From assembly GCA_046483165.1 (NCBI GenBank), contig JAWODQ010000096.1:7667-71666 (forward strand): a DNA stretch of 64,000 nt. Reading direction: 5' to 3'. Each line of letters starts with the position of its first letter. The stretch's first letter is position 1. A program made the position numbers and the translations under genes. The notes below the pieces were generated by a model. The model was not told the origin of the DNA. It worked only from the letters and a program-made list of their open reading frames with translations, and did not search any database. This DNA comes from Bacillota bacterium (GTDB taxonomy: Bacteria > Bacillota > Sulfobacillia > SLMV01). Positions 27,317 to 36,125 of this stretch are shown in pieces.

Positions 27317-27820
27317 ATGAGTGTCGATTCGAGCAGCAATGCCTCGTCCACAACGCGATGGATCACCCGTACCGCCCTGCTGTTGGCGCTGACTCTGGCA
27401 TTTCAGATGATCGGGCTGCCGCAACCGGTGACCGGACCGGCCGTAAACGCGATGTTGATCCTCAGTGCGCTAGTCGTCGGACCCGTGTCCGGAGTCATAA
27501 TCGGAAGCCTCACTCCGGTAATTGCCTTCCAGCGCGGCATCCTGGCGGCTCCGCTGGGCCCGATGATTCCCTTTATTGCCCTGGCTAACGCGGTATTGGT
27601 GCTGCTTTTCGCCCTGGTGCGGAAGCGTCAACCGGTACTGGCGGTGGTGGTAGCGGCCGTAGCGAAATTTGCCGTTTTGGCCACGGCAGTTCGCGTGTTC
27701 GTCGCGGTGCCTCCGCCCATCGCCGTGGCGATGGGAACTCCGCAACTATTGACCGCACTGATCGGTGGAGGCGTGGCACTTATTGCATATCGAGCCATAG
27801 GTCGCATACTGAAGGACTGA
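27317..27820 (+). CDS. ECF transporter substrate-specific (S) component, ThiW/QueT-like small membrane protein
   Basis: 167 aa with 5-6 TM. SD GAGAGGGTGA upstream. No A/T components are adjacent, so it is a solitary S component. Substrate not assignable. Confidence 0.6.
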   Translation: MSVDSSSNASSTTRWITRTALLLALTLAFQMIGLPQPVTGPAVNAMLILSALVVGPVSGVIIGSLTPVIAFQRGILAAPLGPMIPFIALANAVLVLLFALVRKRQPVLAVVVAAVAKFAVLATAVRVFVAVPPPIAVAMGTPQLLTALIGGGVALIAYRAIGRILKD

Positions 27821-27893
27821 AGGCAGATTTATGGCACTCGGTGGGCGAATTCGGTAGGGGTTTCGGCCCCGGTGAAGGGAGAGATATTTCACC

Positions 27894-28427
27894 ATGAATA
27901 GTTTCGATGTCTGTCGCTGTACGGAAGTACCCACGCGGCACCTGTCACCGCCCTCGGTCGTTACCTCGGGTGAACGAGGGCAGTTTGACCCGGCGGATCC
28001 GGGGGGGCTGATTCCTCTGATGCAGGCCACTCAGGAGGAGTTCGGATATCTGCCGCGGTCAGAAGTTGCCCGCATCGCGGATTATCTGGGATTGTCCGAA
28101 GCTCGAGTGTACGGCGTGGCGACTTTTTACAACCAATTTCGTCTCGAACCCCTGGGCAAGAATTACGTTCAGATTTGTACCGGGACCGCCTGTCACGTGA
28201 AGGGGGCGGCCGAGATACACTCGGTACTGCGGGCCGAACTCGGCCTGGAGGGTGAGAGTACCACGACCCGAGATGGGCTCTTCACTTTGGATACGGTCGC
28301 CTGCCTGGGTGCCTGCAGTATGGCTCCCCTGGTGAATGTCAACGACGAGTTTCACGGACACATGACACCGCAAAAAGCCCTCAAATTGATTCGCGGCCTT
28401 CGGTCGAAGGAGCGTGAAGCGCGATGA
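27894..28427 (+). CDS. hydC: [FeFe]-hydrogenase complex NuoE-like [2Fe-2S] subunit (HydC/HndA type)
   Basis: Thioredoxin-like 2Fe-2S fold (CTGTACHVKGA...CLGACSMAP). The ATGA overlap with the next gene suggests coupling. Confidence 0.8.
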   Translation: MNSFDVCRCTEVPTRHLSPPSVVTSGERGQFDPADPGGLIPLMQATQEEFGYLPRSEVARIADYLGLSEARVYGVATFYNQFRLEPLGKNYVQICTGTACHVKGAAEIHSVLRAELGLEGESTTTRDGLFTLDTVACLGACSMAPLVNVNDEFHGHMTPQKALKLIRGLRSKEREAR

Positions 28428-30274
28428 ATCGAGAAGATAGCGGCTACACCACAATCATCGTCGGTACCGGTACCTGCGGATTGGCCGCGGGAGCCCGCCA
28501 GATCTACGATTACTTCGCGGAACGGATCGCGGAATCGGGCTCGGAAGATCTCGTCCTCAAAAAGACCGGTTGTCTCGGCTATTGCACCATGGAACCCATG
28601 GTAGACGTCGAGTTGCCGAAATGGCCCCGGGTGTCCTTCGGTCCGGTAACACCGGAGAACGTCGAGTTTCTTTGGGACATGATTGCCAGTGGGGGCGCCG
28701 TGCCGAAGGACTTCATTTTGGGCACGCACTCTCCGGCGGACGGCATTCATGAACTTCACGATGTCCCGCTGCTTTGGGACACGCCCTTCTTTCGTCGGCA
28801 AAAGAGGCTGGTCTTGCGCAACTCGGGCATCATAGATCCGGAATCCCTCGAGGAATACGTGGGGGTCGGAGGGTACGAGGGTCTACGATCTGCTCTAAAG
28901 ATGTCTCCCAAAGAAGTGATCGAGGAGGTCAGGCGAGCCGGGCTGCGCGGCCGCGGCGGAGCCGGTTTCCCCACCGGGTTGAAATGGCAATTCGCTCACG
29001 AAGCGGAAGGTGATGAGAAATTTATCATCTGCAACGCGGACGAAGGCGACCCCGGAGCATTTATGGATCGCTCCATACTGGAAGGTGACCCGCACGCGGT
29101 CATAGAGGGTTTGGTCATCGCCGCCTACGCCATCGGAGCCTCGGAGGGGTACGTATACTGCCGCGCCGAGTATCCCCTCGCCATCGCGCGTCTTACGGGC
29201 GCGATATCGCAGGCCAAAAGTGCCGGCTATCTCGGAGACGACATCGGCGGCAAGGGATTTTCTTTCAATCTTAAGATTAAAAAGGGTGCCGGGGCTTTCG
29301 TCTGCGGTGAAGAGACTGCGCTGATCGCCTCCATTGAGGGAAGACGAGGTATGCCCCGTCCCCGTCCACCCTACCCGGCGCAATCGGGCCTTTGGGGTAA
29401 GCCGACCAACATCAACAACGTCGAGACTATCGCGAACGTCCCGCTGATTTTGGGCGGGGGAGCCGAAGCATTTCGTAACTACGGGACGGAGAACAGTCCC
29501 GGCACCAAGGTATTCGCTCTCGCGGGGAAGGTTAAGCGAAGCGGCCTGGTCGAGGCTCCCATGGGCATGCCCCTGCGGGATATCATTTTCGATATCGGTG
29601 GTGGTGTGGCGGATGACAGGGAGTTCAAGGCCGTCCAGATAGGTGGGCCTTCCGGGGGATGCCTGCCCGAGGAGCTTTTGGATACCCCGGTTGACTACGA
29701 CTCACTGGTCGAAGTCGGAGCCATGATGGGATCCGGCGGTATGGTGGTCATGGATGAAGATACCTGCATGGTCGACGTGGCTCGTTTCTTCCTGAACTTC
29801 ACCGCCTCCGAATCCTGTGGCAAGTGCCTACCCTGCCGCGAGGGCGTGGCGCGTTTGCGGGAAACCCTAAACGGTATCGTGAGAGCTCACCGCGACGAAT
29901 CCCCCGAGGAGAGCCTGCTACGCTTCCAGGGGGTCACGATGATGGAAGAACTCGCGGAAGTCATTCAGGGGACCGCAGCGTGCGGATTAGGCCAGACGGC
30001 TCCGAATCCGGTCTTGAGTACCCTCAAGTATTTCCGCGACGAGTACGATGCCCACGTGTTCGAAAGGCGCTGTCCCGCCGGCGTATGCTCTGCGCTGTTG
30101 GAGTACTACATCGATCCCGACGTTTGTACGGGCTGCGGCCTGTGCGTGCGCAAGTGTCCCGACGACGCCATAATCGGTGAGAAACGCCACCCGCACTACA
30201 TCGCGGCGGACAAATGCATAAGTTGCGGTACCTGCCGCCAGTTCTGCCCCTTCGGTGCCATCAAGGTAAGGTAG
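28424..30274 (+). CDS. hydB: [FeFe]-hydrogenase complex NuoF-like flavoprotein subunit (HydB/HndC type; FMN + NAD(H) binding, Fe-S)
   Basis: N-terminal [2Fe-2S] thioredoxin-like domain (GTGTCGLAAGA). NuoF core (GRGGAGFPTGLKW, ...ESCGKCLPCREG). Two C-terminal ferredoxin-like Cys clusters (CTGCGLCVRKCP, CISCGTCRQFCP). Confidence 0.85.
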   Translation: MNREDSGYTTIIVGTGTCGLAAGARQIYDYFAERIAESGSEDLVLKKTGCLGYCTMEPMVDVELPKWPRVSFGPVTPENVEFLWDMIASGGAVPKDFILGTHSPADGIHELHDVPLLWDTPFFRRQKRLVLRNSGIIDPESLEEYVGVGGYEGLRSALKMSPKEVIEEVRRAGLRGRGGAGFPTGLKWQFAHEAEGDEKFIICNADEGDPGAFMDRSILEGDPHAVIEGLVIAAYAIGASEGYVYCRAEYPLAIARLTGAISQAKSAGYLGDDIGGKGFSFNLKIKKGAGAFVCGEETALIASIEGRRGMPRPRPPYPAQSGLWGKPTNINNVETIANVPLILGGGAEAFRNYGTENSPGTKVFALAGKVKRSGLVEAPMGMPLRDIIFDIGGGVADDREFKAVQIGGPSGGCLPEELLDTPVDYDSLVEVGAMMGSGGMVVMDEDTCMVDVARFFLNFTASESCGKCLPCREGVARLRETLNGIVRAHRDESPEESLLRFQGVTMMEELAEVIQGTAACGLGQTAPNPVLSTLKYFRDEYDAHVFERRCPAGVCSALLEYYIDPDVCTGCGLCVRKCPDDAIIGEKRHPHYIAADKCISCGTCRQFCPFGAIKVR

Positions 30275-30287
30275 GAGGAGAGGCCAA

Positions 30288-32042
30288 ATGTCAAAAATAA
30301 GGATGACCATAAACGAGAGACCCGTCGAGGTCGAATCCGGTGCCACGATCCTGGAGGCGGCCCGGCGCGCTCGAGTAAACATCCCCACTCTGTGTCATAT
30401 CGACGGATTGGAGCCCACGGGTTCGTGCCGAATCTGTTCGGTGGAGGTCGAAGGGCGGGCTAACCTGGTACCCTCCTGTGCCGAGCCGGCCTCGGATGGA
30501 ATGTCGGTTCGTACCAACAGCCCACGGGTCCTGACGGCCCGGCGCCATATGATTCAGTTGCTCCTGGCCAATCATCCCGACGATTGTTTGTACTGCGCGC
30601 GGGGTGGAGAATGCGACCTCCAGGACCTCGCCCAGAATGTGGGCATCAGGGAACGCGCCTGGCGACGCGGGAGACACCGGAGTCATCCCGTCGACCGCAG
30701 CAGCCCGAGCGTGGTTCGAGACCCGGAAAAATGCATTCTCTGCGGTAAGTGCGTGCGAGTGTGCGACGAAATTCAGGGTGTGGCTGCCATCGATCACGCC
30801 GGACGGGGTTTTGATAGTTTTGTCCTTCCCGCCTTCGATGACGAGCTGGCGTCTACGATTTGCGTAAACTGCGGACAGTGCGTCGCCATATGCCCCACCG
30901 GTGCCCTGGTGGAAAGAAACGACCTGGCCCGAGTCCGCCACTTCCTATCCGATGAGTCGCTGGTTACCGTGGTGCAGACGGCTCCGGCAGTCCGAGCGGC
31001 ACTGGCGTGGGAGTACGGTCTATCGGGTCGGGAGGCCGAAGCGAAGATGGTGACAGCGCTGCGGGATATGGGATTCTCCTACGTATTCGATACCCAATAC
31101 AGTGCCGACCTCACCATAATGGAGGAGGGTACGGAACTTCTGGATCGCATTCGAGAAGGTGGCCCTCTGCCGCTGATAACTTCCTGTTCGCCCGGATGGA
31201 TCAAGTTCGCAGAGCACTTCTATCCCGAACACCTGGACAATTTGTCCACGTGTAAGTCACCGCAGCAGATGCTCGGTGCCATGGTCAAGAATTACTGGGC
31301 GGAAAAGCAGGGGATCTCGCCGAAAGACATACGCGTGGTGTCGGTGATGCCCTGCACCGCCAAGAAGTTCGAGGCGGAGCGCCCCGAAATGGAAACGGTG
31401 GGCGGACGAGACGTCGACGCGGTGATAACCACCCGGGAACTGATATCCGCCTTCGCAGAGATGGGTCTGGATTTCGACGACGTGGAGGAGGGCCAATTCG
31501 ACGGCTTCCTCGGCGCCTCTTCCGGCGCCGGCGCGATATTCGGCACCACCGGTGGAGTGGCCGAGGCGGCATTGCGGACCGTCTATAATCTCCTGGTGGG
31601 GGAGAATCCGGGAGCAGATGATTTCTCCGCAGTACGAGGACCCGACGGCATAAAGGAGATAGAGATCTCCCTGCCGGAGGGAGGTTCCGTAAGAGGCGCC
31701 GTGGTACACGGGTTGCGTAACGCTCGCCGGGTCATGGACGCCATTTCTTCGGGCCAGGCGAACTACGCCTTCGTGGAGATAATGGCCTGCCCCGGCGGCT
31801 GTGTCGGTGGTGGCGGACAACCTTACGGCAACGACCGCGAGCGCACCGCGAAACTGGCGGCAGAATTGTACGAAATTGACGAGACGAGGACGATTCGCTT
31901 CTCGCACGAGAACCCGGATGTAATTCGGGCCTATCGAGAATACCTCGAGGCTCCGGGGGGGCCGGAGAGTCACCGGTTGTTACACACCACTTACCGCCCC
32001 CGGTCCCGGTATCGGGCGGAGGACGACGACCTGCTTGGCTAG
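30288..32042 (+). CDS. hydA: [FeFe] hydrogenase catalytic subunit (M3-type, HydA/HndD-like)
   Basis: N-terminal 2Fe-2S. His-ligated 4Fe-4S. Two ferredoxin-like 4Fe-4S clusters. H-cluster motifs L2 MPCTAKKFE and L3 EIMACPGGCVGGGG. The L1 motif reads TSCSPGW, with Ser where the second Cys of TSCCPxW is expected. Confidence 0.9.
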   Translation: MSKIRMTINERPVEVESGATILEAARRARVNIPTLCHIDGLEPTGSCRICSVEVEGRANLVPSCAEPASDGMSVRTNSPRVLTARRHMIQLLLANHPDDCLYCARGGECDLQDLAQNVGIRERAWRRGRHRSHPVDRSSPSVVRDPEKCILCGKCVRVCDEIQGVAAIDHAGRGFDSFVLPAFDDELASTICVNCGQCVAICPTGALVERNDLARVRHFLSDESLVTVVQTAPAVRAALAWEYGLSGREAEAKMVTALRDMGFSYVFDTQYSADLTIMEEGTELLDRIREGGPLPLITSCSPGWIKFAEHFYPEHLDNLSTCKSPQQMLGAMVKNYWAEKQGISPKDIRVVSVMPCTAKKFEAERPEMETVGGRDVDAVITTRELISAFAEMGLDFDDVEEGQFDGFLGASSGAGAIFGTTGGVAEAALRTVYNLLVGENPGADDFSAVRGPDGIKEIEISLPEGGSVRGAVVHGLRNARRVMDAISSGQANYAFVEIMACPGGCVGGGGQPYGNDRERTAKLAAELYEIDETRTIRFSHENPDVIRAYREYLEAPGGPESHRLLHTTYRPRSRYRAEDDDLLG

Positions 32043-32063
32043 ATTCGGGAAGGAGGGTCCAGG

Positions 32064-34139
32064 ATGAGTGTAGTTTTCACGCTGCCCGACAAATGTCGGC
32101 GTTGTTACTACTGCGTGCGGGAATGTCCCGTTAAGGCGATACGCGTCATCGGGGGACAGGCGGAGGTCGTGGAAGATCTCTGCATCTCCTGCGGGACATG
32201 CCTGCGAGTTTGCCATCAAAAGGCCAAAACCTACCGCGACGATGTGCCGCGATTGGAAAAGATGCTGGCCGAAGATCAGCCCATAGTCGCCATCCTGGCT
32301 CCCTCCTTCGTGGCTTCTTTTACCGACGTAAAGCCGGGCCAGGTGGTGGAAGCCACCTCGCAACTGGGCTTCGATGCCGTAGTGGAGGTGGCCTTCGGAG
32401 CCGAACTGGTGGCCGATGCCTACTCGAGTTTCGTGGACGATTTCGAAAGCGGCGCCGAGGTTGCCGGCAAAGCCCCCTACATCTCCACACCCTGCCCTGC
32501 GGTGGTGAATTTCGTGGAGAAGCACCATCCGGAGCTCATGCCACATATGGTGCCGATCGTGTCGCCGATGGTCGCCCTTTCGCGTTATCTGAAGGCTCGA
32601 GCGCGCGAGAAGGGAGAACCGGTGCCCTCCATAGCCTTCTTCGGACCGTGCACTGCGAAGAAGGCGGAGACGGACTGGGGTTTGCCCGAGGATGACGATC
32701 CGGAAATCGCCTTGACCTTCCGGGAACTCGCGGCGATGTTTTCCGATCGAGATATCGACGTGGCGAAGCTTCCGAGCCGGGAATTCGACCCCCCCCACCC
32801 GACCCTGGCCCGCCTGTTTCCGGTCTCCGGTGGGCTCATCAGATCGGCCGCCCTCGCCGCCGATATATTGGATTCCTCTATCTTGGTCGCCGAGGGCAAA
32901 GAAGACGTCGAAGACGTGATATCCTCGGTGGCCAATGGCCGCGTGGACTACCACTTCGTGGATTTGCTCTTTTGTGAGGGTTGTATAGATGGGCCAGTCA
33001 TAGATTCCGATCTTTCCCTCATGGAACGAAGGGAAAGGGTGGTCAAATACACGCGCGAGGCGAGAAAACTACGCGAGTCGGAACCGCGAGAACTACCCCG
33101 GGGACTGGACCTCTCTCGGCGTTTCCGCCCGAGAGACGTATCCCTGCCCCTACCCGACGAGTCGGAAATCCGTCGGATCCTGTCGCGAGTCGGCAAGCAC
33201 GACCCCTCGGACGAACTTAACTGTGGCGCCTGCGGGTATCCTACCTGCCGGGACAAGGCCATCGCCGTTTACCGAGGCCTGGCGGAGCCGGAGATGTGCC
33301 TTCCCTACATGGTGGAACAGCTGGAAGAAGCGCTGGAGGAGCTGGAGTACTCGTATGGGGAACTGCACAGCACCTACGACAAGCTTCAGGAAACCCAGGA
33401 AGAATTGGTCCAGGCGGAAAAACTATCTTCGCTCGGACAGCTTTCGGCGGGGGTGGCGCACGAGCTGAACAATCCCCTGGGCGGGATATTGCTCTACGCG
33501 GATTTGATACGCGAAGAACAGGCGCCCGGTGAGGTGGAAGACTACGTGAAGACCATCCGACGTGAGGCGGCGCGATGCCGCGACATAGTGACGGGACTTC
33601 TGAATTTCGCCCGGCAATCGCGAGTTCAAAAGGAAGAAGTGGCCCTGAACGAATACGTCGCCAGCGTCAGTGAGGATTTCGCACGCGGTCTACCCGAGGA
33701 TATTAAGCTTAGGCTCAATCTCGATTCCTCCGACCAACTGAGGGCTGAGCTCGATCCCGGGCAGATGCGCCGCGTCTTGATAAACCTGTTGGGCAACTCC
33801 CGAGATGCCGTCGGCGACGCCGGGGAGATCACGATCTCTACCCGATACCTGGAGGGCGAAGACGAGATATTGATAGCCGTAGAGGACGACGGGGTTGGCA
33901 TCCGCGAATCCGACATGTCTCGAGTGTTCACCCCATTCTTCACCACGAAGGAACCGGGTAAAGGCACCGGATTGGGGATGCCCATCGCCTACGGAATCGT
34001 GAAAATGCACCGGGGGAAGATCGAGGTTAACTCCGAAGAGGGTCGGGGGACGGAAGTAACCATATCGATACCCCGTCGCTCGGCCCCGGATACGACCCCC
34101 GAACTTCTGGGGGTAGATCGCGAAAGACCTTTTACTTAA
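32064..34139 (+). CDS. Sensory-type [FeFe]-hydrogenase domain (HydS-like) fused to a histidine kinase
   Basis: N-terminal 2x[4Fe-4S] ferredoxin Cys motifs. H-domain with STPCPAV, GPCTAKKAE and FCEGCIDG (all four H-cluster Cys present). Cx2Cx4Cx16C motif (CGACGYPTC...C). Coiled coil. HisKA (GVAHELNNPLGG) and HATPase_c (GTGLGMPIAYGIV). Confidence 0.8.
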   Translation: MSVVFTLPDKCRRCYYCVRECPVKAIRVIGGQAEVVEDLCISCGTCLRVCHQKAKTYRDDVPRLEKMLAEDQPIVAILAPSFVASFTDVKPGQVVEATSQLGFDAVVEVAFGAELVADAYSSFVDDFESGAEVAGKAPYISTPCPAVVNFVEKHHPELMPHMVPIVSPMVALSRYLKARAREKGEPVPSIAFFGPCTAKKAETDWGLPEDDDPEIALTFRELAAMFSDRDIDVAKLPSREFDPPHPTLARLFPVSGGLIRSAALAADILDSSILVAEGKEDVEDVISSVANGRVDYHFVDLLFCEGCIDGPVIDSDLSLMERRERVVKYTREARKLRESEPRELPRGLDLSRRFRPRDVSLPLPDESEIRRILSRVGKHDPSDELNCGACGYPTCRDKAIAVYRGLAEPEMCLPYMVEQLEEALEELEYSYGELHSTYDKLQETQEELVQAEKLSSLGQLSAGVAHELNNPLGGILLYADLIREEQAPGEVEDYVKTIRREAARCRDIVTGLLNFARQSRVQKEEVALNEYVASVSEDFARGLPEDIKLRLNLDSSDQLRAELDPGQMRRVLINLLGNSRDAVGDAGEITISTRYLEGEDEILIAVEDDGVGIRESDMSRVFTPFFTTKEPGKGTGLGMPIAYGIVKMHRGKIEVNSEEGRGTEVTISIPRRSAPDTTPELLGVDRERPFT

Positions 34140-34205
34140 ACCGGCGGGGTACGCAATGTCCGCTAGGGGCGAAAGATACCCGCAATAATTACTGGAGGTG
34201 GGAAG

Positions 34206-34598
34206 ATGGCCCGCATATTGATGGTAGATGACGACGCCGATTTTTTGGATTATGCCTCCCGGGTGCTACGACGCGGCGAGCACACGGTATCTACGGCCCA
34301 CAATGGCGTGGAGGCTCTGGAGATACTGAAGAGTGACTGCGAGTTCGACCTGGCCATTTTGGATCTTATGATGGAAAAGAGCGATGAAGGTTTCACTCTC
34401 GCTCACCGGGTTCGTGAGTTTTTGGGAGAAGACGGCCATATCATGATACTTACCGGGGTTCGCCGCACCCACGATTTGGGATTCGATCTGCACTCGGCCA
34501 GCGGTAGCAAGTGGATCGACGCCGACGATTTCGTCGAGAAGCCCATTTCCTCGGAAGATCTACTCGAACGAGTCCGCCGATTGGTCGGGGAGCAGTGA
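34206..34598 (+). CDS. Single-domain response regulator (receiver only)
   Basis: 130 aa CheY-like: MVDDDADF...LDLMME...KPI, with no output domain. SD GGAGGTGGGA upstream. Confidence 0.8.
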   Translation: MARILMVDDDADFLDYASRVLRRGEHTVSTAHNGVEALEILKSDCEFDLAILDLMMEKSDEGFTLAHRVREFLGEDGHIMILTGVRRTHDLGFDLHSASGSKWIDADDFVEKPISSEDLLERVRRLVGEQ

Positions 34599-36115
34599 TG
34601 GCGGACGAGGCTTTGAGCCCCGAGGAGACTCGGGATGTGCTCTCTTTCGAGGAAACCCCGGCGGTCATCGTAATGGATGATGAGGAGTCCATCAGGCTCG
34701 GCTGCGAGAAAGTCCTGAATCGCGAAGGATTCGAGGTAACTGTAGCCCCCGACGGAGAAACCGGTTGGGATCTCCTGCGAGATGGAGACTTCGATCTGGC
34801 ATTGATAGACCTGAAAATGCCGGGAATCGACGGCATGGGGATACTGAGCCTCATTAACGAAAACCTTCCCGACGTCGTCCCGATAGTCATAACCGGTTAC
34901 GCTTCGTACGAGACCGCCGTCGAGACGGTCAAGTTGGGAGCGTATGATTACATCCCGAAACCTTTCACACCGGATGAGCTGCGCAATGTGGTGCGACGCG
35001 GACTCGAGCGACGCTTTCTGCGCCTGGCAAATCGTCGCCTGCGCGAGGAACGGCGGCGTTTCCTCCTGGATCTCACCGAGGAACGCAGTCGCCTGATGAC
35101 GATACTCCGAGCGATGTCTGACGGCGTACTCGTGGTTAACCGGCGCGGGGAACTGGTCTTGACGAACCCGGTGGGCCGGCGTTTGCTGACCGACGATTTC
35201 GACGCATCCTCCGAGAAACCACCTTCGCTTGGGCGAGTGTTGAAGTACCCGGACATAGCCGATCTGGTGGCGCGAGTGGAGTCCGATCCCGAGCTCGAGG
35301 GCTGCGATGCGGAGGTGGATACTTCTGACGATCGCGTCTTCCACTCCACCGCCACGGCCGTCCGCGACGACGATGGTACCTATCTTGGTGCCGTCATAGT
35401 ATCGCGAGATGTGACCGAGCGGCGAGAGATCGAGAAGATGAAGAGCGCCTTCGTCCGGATGGTCTCTCACGAGCTAAAATCACCCCTGGCCGCGGTCCAG
35501 GGTTACCTCGAGCTCCTTATCGACGGCGACGTATCCGAAGAGGATCGCGATCATATGCTGCGGCGCTGCCGGACGAGACTGGAAGCATTGCAGGAGATGA
35601 TCGGGGATCTTCTGGATCTGTCCCGGATCGAAAGCGGGGCCTCGGGGCGTGAACTGCGGAAGCAGGGTGTCGGCGAGGTATTGGAGGATATCGTCGAGTT
35701 GCAGCGAGATCTCGCCGCCGCGCGGGAGATAGACATTCAGCTGGAGGTCGGCGGCAGGCCGGAAATCGTGGCGGATCGGCGGGAACTGGAGGAGATATTC
35801 ACAAACCTGGTTTCCAACGCGGTGAAATACAACCGGGATGGCGGCTCCGTCTCGGTAGAAGTTGAGGATTCGGGCGACCGGCTCGTGGCAACGGTTTCCG
35901 ATACCGGTATAGGGATGGATTCGGGATCTCTGGACCATGTGTTCGACGAATTCTACAGGGTCCGCAGTGCCCAAACTGCAAAAATAGCGGGAACTGGCCT
36001 TGGCCTGGCCATCGTCAAGCGTCTCGTGGAAGCCTATGATGGAGATATCGGGGTGGAGAGCTCGCCGGGAGAGGGGACGACTTTCCGGGTGGAGCTGCCC
36101 AAAAACCCCACGTAA
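34598..36115 (+). CDS. Hybrid sensor histidine kinase (N-terminal receiver + PAS + HisKA + HATPase_c)
   Basis: Start ATG overlaps the previous stop (TGATG). REC (VMDDEESI...DLALIDLKMPGIDG). PAS-like region. HisKA (VSHELKSPLAAV). HATPase (GTGLGLAIVKRLVEAYDGDIGVES). Confidence 0.8.
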   Translation: MADEALSPEETRDVLSFEETPAVIVMDDEESIRLGCEKVLNREGFEVTVAPDGETGWDLLRDGDFDLALIDLKMPGIDGMGILSLINENLPDVVPIVITGYASYETAVETVKLGAYDYIPKPFTPDELRNVVRRGLERRFLRLANRRLREERRRFLLDLTEERSRLMTILRAMSDGVLVVNRRGELVLTNPVGRRLLTDDFDASSEKPPSLGRVLKYPDIADLVARVESDPELEGCDAEVDTSDDRVFHSTATAVRDDDGTYLGAVIVSRDVTERREIEKMKSAFVRMVSHELKSPLAAVQGYLELLIDGDVSEEDRDHMLRRCRTRLEALQEMIGDLLDLSRIESGASGRELRKQGVGEVLEDIVELQRDLAAAREIDIQLEVGGRPEIVADRRELEEIFTNLVSNAVKYNRDGGSVSVEVEDSGDRLVATVSDTGIGMDSGSLDHVFDEFYRVRSAQTAKIAGTGLGLAIVKRLVEAYDGDIGVESSPGEGTTFRVELPKNPT

Positions 36116-36125
36116 ACGTGTGGCG

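Noticed and set aside
27871-27893. GGTGAA-N11-TTCACC inverted repeat overlapping the SD of the first hydrogenase gene, considered as a Rex site
   Set aside because: The half-site spacing (11) does not fit Rex (4). It is more likely a weak local hairpin.
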